Source: Gemmatimonadales bacterium (GTDB taxonomy: Bacteria > Gemmatimonadota > Gemmatimonadetes > Gemmatimonadales > GWC2-71-9). From it: DNA of 47,800 bases. A model generated the notes under the pieces. That model was not told where the DNA came from, made no database searches, and saw only the letters and a list, made by a program, of their open reading frames with translations. Numbering within the stretch: position 1 is the stretch's first letter; the number at the start of each line of letters is the position of its first letter. The position numbers and the translations under genes were made by a program. Shown piece after piece: positions 42,571-47,800 of the stretch. The DNA is taken from positions 1 to 47,800 of the forward strand of contig JBIOTT010000232.1 in the NCBI GenBank assembly GCA_044866195.1, read 5' to 3'.

Positions 42571-42627
42571 GGGGAAAGGGAGAAAGGGAGAAGGGGGAAT
42601 GGGGGGCGCCGCCGACCCCTTTCTCCC
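42571..42627. repeat. 8-nt purine-rich tandem array with partial inverted arm; probable terminator between convergent genes
   Basis: GGGGAAAG GGAGAAAG GGAGAAGG GGGAATGG…CCCCTTTCTCCC. Confidence 0.7.
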
Positions 42628-42630
42628 GCT

Positions 42631-44808
42631 TCATCGCTGTCCCCGCTTCCTCATCTCCTTCTGCACCGCCCTCGCCACTGAGTCGGCCCGCGCCGCGAGC
42701 GCGGTGTCTCCCTTCTGCCGCATCGCATCGGCGGTCCCCGCATAGACGATCGCGTACAACGAGAGAATCGAGGAGGACGGTGCGTCGACCCATCCGAACG
42801 GCCGGTCGCGCGCGGCCGCCCGCCAATGATAGACCTCCCACAGCAGGCGCCGGGTCCGCGGGAGATCGACGTAGCCCAGACCGGAGCTGAGCACGATGGA
42901 GTCACTGGCCACCACCGGCTTGGGCAGGAGCTTCCGAACCATGCCCTGGCCCACCAGATAGGCCGAGAGTCCGAGGGTCTGGTCGGGATAGCCGCCGTCG
43001 CTGAGGCTGAAGTAGATCGGACGCTTGCCGAGGTTCTGCTTGATCAGAAAGATGGTCGCGAGATCCTGCAGCAGCAGGTAGTCCTGCCCGAACGCGACCG
43101 TGACGCTGTCGATCTGAATGCCGCCCTTTTCCGGCACCCGCATCGCTTCGGGCAAGCTGTCCAGCTCGTTCAGACTCAAGCCCAACACCGGATCGGGTGG
43201 CTTGGGCCAGGCGGCGACGGGACCTCGGGCGGAGTCGCCGTTCGCCGCGGGCGGGGTGCGCCAGAGCGCCGCGGCCCTGGCCGGATCGAAGGTGGGGGTC
43301 TTGCGGCGCCGCAGCTGGCGCAAGTGCCAGCGCGTGTTCATGAGCGAGAGGTTCGCCAGGGTCACGTCTCGGCGCACCCCCTCCACCTCCTGGGCGTACC
43401 AGAGCGGGAAAGTGTCGTTGTCGCCGGCGGTAATCAGAATCCCGTAGGGCTCGACTGATTCCAGCAGATCGACCGCGAAATCCCGGGCGAGGGTCTCGTG
43501 GGCCCGGCTGGCGGTGAGCCGGTTGCCCACCAGCGGGACCAAGGCGACCACCAGCGCAGGGGTTCCCAGCGCCCAACGCGGGTGGTGATCCCGGGCCCCG
43601 AGCTCAGCCAGCGCCTGGAGGACCGCGCCCAACCCCAGCGCCACAAAGACCCCGTAGGCGGAGAAGGAGCCCAGGAAGAAGTAGTCGCGCTCGCGAACCT
43701 CCCGGGCCAGGTCGGGCTTGTCGAGGTACTGCGAGAACCCGTACTTGAAGTTCATGTAGAGGACGAGGGCCACGGTCAGCGTGCCCAGCAGGAGAATCGC
43801 GGCCCAGCCCGCCCGGCGATCGTTCTTCCAGAGGTTGTAAAGCCCGACCAGGCCAAGGCCGGTGAAGAGCGCCGTGGCGACTCCTGCCCAGGCGCCCCAG
43901 TCGCGGGCGAATTGCCAGTTGAAGTACTGCCAGAAGTTGGCGAGCTGCGCGAAGAAACCCGCCTGTCGGTCCGTCAGAAACGGCTTGCCGTACTGCACCC
44001 GGTTGAGCACGTCGTTGAGCGCCTGGCATTTCTGAGTCAGAGCCTGAAGCAGGCTGGCGCAGATCGGCTCCCCTTCGTTGATCGCGGGGAGCTGGGCCGC
44101 GCGCAGCGGCAGATAGATGTAGTTGAGCGAGATCCCCACGGCGATCGCGACCACCACGGCGATCAGCACCCAGGGCCGGGTGAGCACCCGCCAATCGGTG
44201 AAGAAGACGTAGACCGCGAGGGCGGGTATCGCGAGCAGCGCCATGAGATGGTTGGTCGAGCTCAATGCCATGACGTAGGCAATGAGCACCAGCCAGCGGT
44301 CGCGGTGGGGCCCCGGCTCGTCGTCGCCCCAGTGGACCACCAGCCACATGCAGAGCGCCATCGACAGGAGCGAGACGGTATAGACCTTCTCGTTCACCGT
44401 GGACTGGTTCCACACGGTCCACGAGGTGGCGCCCACCAGCACACCGGCGAAGGCCGCCGCCCATCGGGCCCAGCGTGCGGTGACGGTGGACTGGAGCCAC
44501 CGGTCGGCCACCAGGAACCAGAGGCCAGCCGCCAGCGCGCTGGTCAGCGCCGCGAACAGGTTGATCCGGACCCCATAGGACGCGGCCAGCGGCAGCAGCC
44601 CGAAGGTGTGGGCCAGCAGGGTGAAGAGCGGGTTTCCCGGGGGATGGGGGATGCCTAGCACCCGCGCGGCGGCGATGTACTCCGAGGTGTCCCAGAACGC
44701 CGTGGTGGGCGCCAGGGTGGCGAGGTAGATCCCAAAGATCACAACCGCCGTCGCCGCGGCCCAGAGATACGGCGGCGACTCCCGGGGCCGGCTTGGTAAG
44801 TCGGTCAT
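42631..44808 (-). CDS. DUF2723 GT-C glycosyltransferase (TMEM260-like)
   Basis: 'YLATLAPTTAFWDTSEYI…LGIPHPPGNPLF', 'WNQSTVNEKVY', 'EVRERDYFF', 'GDNDTFPLWYAQEVEG', many TM helices. Confidence 0.88.
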   Translation of the reverse strand: MTDLPSRPRESPPYLWAAATAVVIFGIYLATLAPTTAFWDTSEYIAAARVLGIPHPPGNPLFTLLAHTFGLLPLAASYGVRINLFAALTSALAAGLWFLVADRWLQSTVTARWARWAAAFAGVLVGATSWTVWNQSTVNEKVYTVSLLSMALCMWLVVHWGDDEPGPHRDRWLVLIAYVMALSSTNHLMALLAIPALAVYVFFTDWRVLTRPWVLIAVVVAIAVGISLNYIYLPLRAAQLPAINEGEPICASLLQALTQKCQALNDVLNRVQYGKPFLTDRQAGFFAQLANFWQYFNWQFARDWGAWAGVATALFTGLGLVGLYNLWKNDRRAGWAAILLLGTLTVALVLYMNFKYGFSQYLDKPDLAREVRERDYFFLGSFSAYGVFVALGLGAVLQALAELGARDHHPRWALGTPALVVALVPLVGNRLTASRAHETLARDFAVDLLESVEPYGILITAGDNDTFPLWYAQEVEGVRRDVTLANLSLMNTRWHLRQLRRRKTPTFDPARAAALWRTPPAANGDSARGPVAAWPKPPDPVLGLSLNELDSLPEAMRVPEKGGIQIDSVTVAFGQDYLLLQDLATIFLIKQNLGKRPIYFSLSDGGYPDQTLGLSAYLVGQGMVRKLLPKPVVASDSIVLSSGLGYVDLPRTRRLLWEVYHWRAAARDRPFGWVDAPSSSILSLYAIVYAGTADAMRQKGDTALAARADSVARAVQKEMRKRGQR

Positions 44809-44822
44809 AGCTCCTGGACTGA

Positions 44823-44901
44823 TTCACCACAGAGGCACAGAGGACGCAGAGAGCCACATTCAAGCTGTTGTTCTCTGCGCTCTCTGCGCCTCTGCGGTGA
44901 A
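44823..44901. repeat. REP-like hairpin, CACCRCRGAG family
   Basis: TTCACCACAGAGGCACAGAGGACGCAGAGA…TCTCTGCGCTCTCTGCGCCTCTGCGGTGAA. 26/30 complementary. Confidence 0.92.
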
Positions 44902-44905
44902 AAAA

Positions 44906-46435
44906 CTAGTGGCGAAATTGCCGTTTGCCGGTGAACACCATCGCGATGTCGTGTTTGTCCGCCGCAGCGATGATCTCCGGGTCGCGCACCGAGCCGCCCG
45001 GTTGAATGATCGCGGTCACCCCGGCCGCGCCGGCTTCCTCCACTCCGTCGGCGAAAGGAAAGAAGGCGTCGGAGGCGAGCACGGAGCCACGCGGATCGTG
45101 CCCCTGCTGCCGGGCCTTGTGCACGGCGACGAACGCGGCGTCCACCCGGCTCATCTGCCCGGCGCCGATGCCGATCGCCATCTCCCCTTTGGCGAGCAGG
45201 ATCGCGTTCGACTTCACGGCGGCGACCGCCGCCCACGCGAAATGGAGGTCGACCCACTCGGCCTCAGTGGGCCGCCGTTGGGTCGGCACCGCCCAGCCCT
45301 GGTCGTTGGGGTCGAACACGAAACGATCCTGCACCAGGAAGCCGCCCCGCACCCGCTTGAAGTCGAGCGATGCCACCCCCCGGCTCACCGGCAGCTCCAC
45401 CACCCTGAGCGCCTTTTTGGCCCCGAAGACCGCCAGGGCCTCCTCGTGAAAGGAAGGAGCGACCACCGCCTCGACGAACAGGTCGCTCATCGCCTGGGCG
45501 GTCAGCTCGTCGACCACAGTGTTGAATGCGACCACCGAGCCGAACGCCGAAAGTGGATCGGTGGCCCGGGCCCGCTGAAACGCTTCGGTTGCCGTCCCCG
45601 CGACGGCGACGCCGCTGGGCGTAGTGTGCTTGACGATGCAGCAGGCGGGGCGGTTGGCCCAGCAGGCGACCGCCCAGGCGCCGGCATCGATGTCGAGCAG
45701 GTTGTTGAACGAAAGCTCCTTGCCGTGACGCTGTCGCAGGTCCCGCATGCCCCGCGGCTCGTCGGTCACGTAGAGCGCGCCGCGCTGGTCGGGGTTTTCC
45801 CCGTAGCGCAGCAGCTGAAGCCGCTCCATCCCGAGACTGATCCGGCCCGGCAGCGAATCCTCCCTGGGCGTGAGATAGCCGGCGATCGCGGCGTCGTAGT
45901 CAGCCGTGTGGGCGAAGACCTTGGCAGCCAGCTTGCGACGGGTTTCGTCGGGAACCCGGCCCTGGCGGAGCAGCTCTAACACCGGCGCGTAGTCGGTCGG
46001 GTCGACTACGGCAATGACGAACGGGTGGTTCTTGGCCGCGGAGCGGAGCATGGACGGCCCGCCCACGTCGATGTTCTCCACCGCGTCCTCGAACGGCACG
46101 TCCGGCTTCGCAATCGTCATCTGAAACGGATACAGGTTGACGGCGACCAGATCGATCGGCACGATCCCGTGCTGGTTGAGGGCGGCAACGTGCTGAGGCT
46201 GATCCCGCCGGGCGAGGAGGCCGCCGTGGATCAAGGGATGCAGCGTCTTGACCCGCCCGTCGAGCAGCTCGGGAAAACCGGTGACCGCATCGACCGGAGT
46301 GACCGGAAGGCGAGCGTTGCGAAGCGCGGTGGCGGTCCCCCCGGTGGACACGATCTCCCAGCCCAGCTCGATTAGGCCCTGGGCAAACGGGATGATTCCC
46401 CGCTTGTCGCTGACCGAGATCAGCGCGCGGGGCAT
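44906..46435 (-). CDS. purH: Bifunctional AICAR formyltransferase / IMP cyclohydrolase
   Basis: 'RALISVSDK', 'GRVKTLHP', '[10 protein letters not shown]', 'LRYGENPDQ', 'KSNAI', 'GQMSRVD', 'SDAFFPF', 'IQPGGS'. Confidence 0.98.
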   Translation of the reverse strand: MPRALISVSDKRGIIPFAQGLIELGWEIVSTGGTATALRNARLPVTPVDAVTGFPELLDGRVKTLHPLIHGGLLARRDQPQHVAALNQHGIVPIDLVAVNLYPFQMTIAKPDVPFEDAVENIDVGGPSMLRSAAKNHPFVIAVVDPTDYAPVLELLRQGRVPDETRRKLAAKVFAHTADYDAAIAGYLTPREDSLPGRISLGMERLQLLRYGENPDQRGALYVTDEPRGMRDLRQRHGKELSFNNLLDIDAGAWAVACWANRPACCIVKHTTPSGVAVAGTATEAFQRARATDPLSAFGSVVAFNTVVDELTAQAMSDLFVEAVVAPSFHEEALAVFGAKKALRVVELPVSRGVASLDFKRVRGGFLVQDRFVFDPNDQGWAVPTQRRPTEAEWVDLHFAWAAVAAVKSNAILLAKGEMAIGIGAGQMSRVDAAFVAVHKARQQGHDPRGSVLASDAFFPFADGVEEAGAAGVTAIIQPGGSVRDPEIIAAADKHDIAMVFTGKRQFRH

Positions 46436-46445
46436 TCCAGGCGGC

Positions 46446-47051
46446 TCACGAGGGGAGCCCTACCGGCTCCGGCAACGGCACCGGCCGGCCCGCCGCGGCG
46501 GCTGCCAGCACGACCGCCGGAAGCAGCCGGTGCTCCAGCTCCAGCACCCGCTCGGCGAGCGTTTCCGGCGTGTCGTCCGGCAGCACCGGAACCCGTGCCT
46601 GCGCCAGAATGGGGCCGCGGTCGTACACCTCATCCACCAGGTGGACGGTGGCGCCGCTCACAGTCGCGCCCAGCGCGAGGACGGCCTCGTGCACTCGGTG
46701 TCCGTACATACCCGGACCACCGAACGACGGCAGCAGCGCCGGGTGGATGTTGATCATACGGCCCCGATAGCGGTGCACTACCGCCGGCGGCACCAGCTTG
46801 AGGTAGCCGGCAAGAACGACCAGATCGATCCGGTGCTCCGCGAGGGCATCGAGCCAGGCAGCGGCATCGGCGGGGTCGCCGAGGACGAGGGTTGGGATGG
46901 CGTGCTGCCGCGCAACCTGGAGCCCGCCCGCGGTAGGGCGGTTGCTCAGGACGAGCGCGACCTCTGCGGGAGAGCCCGCCGGCAAAGCGGCGAGCAGCGC
47001 AGCGAGGTTGCTGCCGCGGCCGGAGATCGCGACGGCGAGGCGCATGGTCAT
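46446..47051 (-). CDS. purN: Phosphoribosylglycinamide formyltransferase
   Basis: 'LAVAISGRGSNL', 'LAGYLK', 'INIHPALLPSFGG', 'GATVHLVDEVYDRGPI'. Start at 47051 or 47045. Confidence 0.97.
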   Translation of the reverse strand: MTMRLAVAISGRGSNLAALLAALPAGSPAEVALVLSNRPTAGGLQVARQHAIPTLVLGDPADAAAWLDALAEHRIDLVVLAGYLKLVPPAVVHRYRGRMINIHPALLPSFGGPGMYGHRVHEAVLALGATVSGATVHLVDEVYDRGPILAQARVPVLPDDTPETLAERVLELEHRLLPAVVLAAAAAGRPVPLPEPVGLPS

Positions 47052-47073
47052 GGCGGGGGGAAGGTAATTGGGG

Positions 47074-47146
47074 GGCGGACAGGCGGACAGGCGGACAGGA
47101 AAGCGGCGCCCAAGGAGCATCGGAAACCACTGCCCGCCCGTCCGCC
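47074..47146. repeat. 8-nt tandem-repeat hairpin between selA and purN
   Basis: (GGCGGACA)x3 at 47074-47097 and TGCCCGCC CGTCCGCC at 47131-47146. Same unit family as the array at 28-92. Confidence 0.8.
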
Positions 47147-47160
47147 CGTAGCTCGATGAG

Positions 47161-47800
47161 TTACAGCTCGAGGGCGCGCCGCAGGGCGGTCCCGATCGCG
47201 GGGTAGGCGGCCAGCGGCAGGGTGCGGGGGTCGAGCAGCACGCGCCCCTCGCTCACCCGGGAGACAATTGGCGGGTCGCCGAGTCGGAGGCGGAGCGCCA
47301 GGCCATCGGCGCCCAGCGGGCCGGCGTCGAGCGCGACCAGACTAGTGGGAAGCACTGCACCGGGAAACGAGCCGCCGCCCACAGCCGACTCGCCGGGCCG
47401 AATCCGCGGCGCCAGCTCCGGGGGACACAAGCCTGCCAGCCGCTCGGCCCGCGTGGCGAGCTCGGCGGCACTTGCCGTGAGCATGGCGAGCACCGGAATC
47501 TCGGCGATCGCCGTCGCCCGGTCGCGATAGAGCCCGAGCGTCGCCTCCAGCGCGGCGAGCGTCAGCTTGTCGGCCCGAAGCGCGCGGGCCAGCGGGTTGG
47601 CGCGGCAGCGGGCGACAATGTCCCGGCCACCCACCAGGCAGCCCGCCTGGGGTCCTCCCAGCAGCTTGTCGCCGCTGAAGAGAACCAGCGCCGCACCCGC
47701 CGCAACCGCCTCCGAGACCCGAGGCTCGCCGGCGAGTCCCCACGGGGCAAGGTCGAGGAGCAGACCGCTTCCGACGTCGTACAACCAGGGCACGTCCGCC
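47161..47800 (-). CDS. selA: L-seryl-tRNA(Sec) selenium transferase, 5'-truncated
   Basis: 'DVGSG', 'EPRV', 'FSGDKLLGGPQAG' (PLP Lys), 'NPLARALRADKLTLAALEATL', 'VGGGSFP', 'LDPRT'. Confidence 0.93.
   Translation of the reverse strand, partial: ADVPWLYDVGSGLLLDLAPWGLAGEPRVSEAVAAGAALVLFSGDKLLGGPQAGCLVGGRDIVARCRANPLARALRADKLTLAALEATLGLYRDRATAIAEIPVLAMLTASAAELATRAERLAGLCPPELAPRIRPGESAVGGGSFPGAVLPTSLVALDAGPLGADGLALRLRLGDPPIVSRVSEGRVLLDPRTLPLAAYPAIGTALRRALEL

Overview
A GC-rich bacterial chromosome segment, most likely Gemmatimonadota. This is inferred from the style of the Ser/Thr kinase ('LGDAYRLERELGGGGMSRVF') and the short tandem-repeat arrays, not proven. Left to right it holds: (i) a tightly coupled + strand run of DUF4159, a DUF4175-like coiled-coil membrane protein, a TPR protein, a Tat-exported GATase-like protein, a JAB/RadC-like-DinG helicase fusion, an FAH hydrolase, a DapL-like aminotransferase, a TonB/TolA-like protein and a hypothetical; (ii) a CapA-family lipoprotein and gltX; (iii) two tRNA-Ser genes (GCT, TGA) bracketing a signalling islet with a CheB-CheR-PAS-histidine kinase, a NarL-type regulator, a lone receiver and a decayed cheX; (iv) stress genes DUF1328 and YciF-like plus a further two-component set; (v) an APC permease, MarR-GNAT, long NagB-deacetylase fusion, an outer-membrane barrel and a Ser/Thr kinase; (vi) an FAD oxidoreductase fused to an unknown domain, head-to-head with a His-containing membrane protein; (vii) a frameshifted YdeI/OmdA gene, a PD40 lipoprotein, a UbiG-like methyltransferase and an HExxH lipoprotein; (viii) a DUF2723 glycosyltransferase, purH, purN and partial selA. 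Intergenic gaps repeatedly carry hairpins or single arms built from 7-, 8- and 8/9-nt tandem units, some recruited into coding sequence and gene junctions. No CRISPR array, rRNA, integrase or transposase was seen. Best novelty candidates are the FAD-oxidoreductase/unknown-domain/membrane-protein module, the tandem-repeat hairpin families, the JAB-DinG fusion and the DUF4159 envelope operon.
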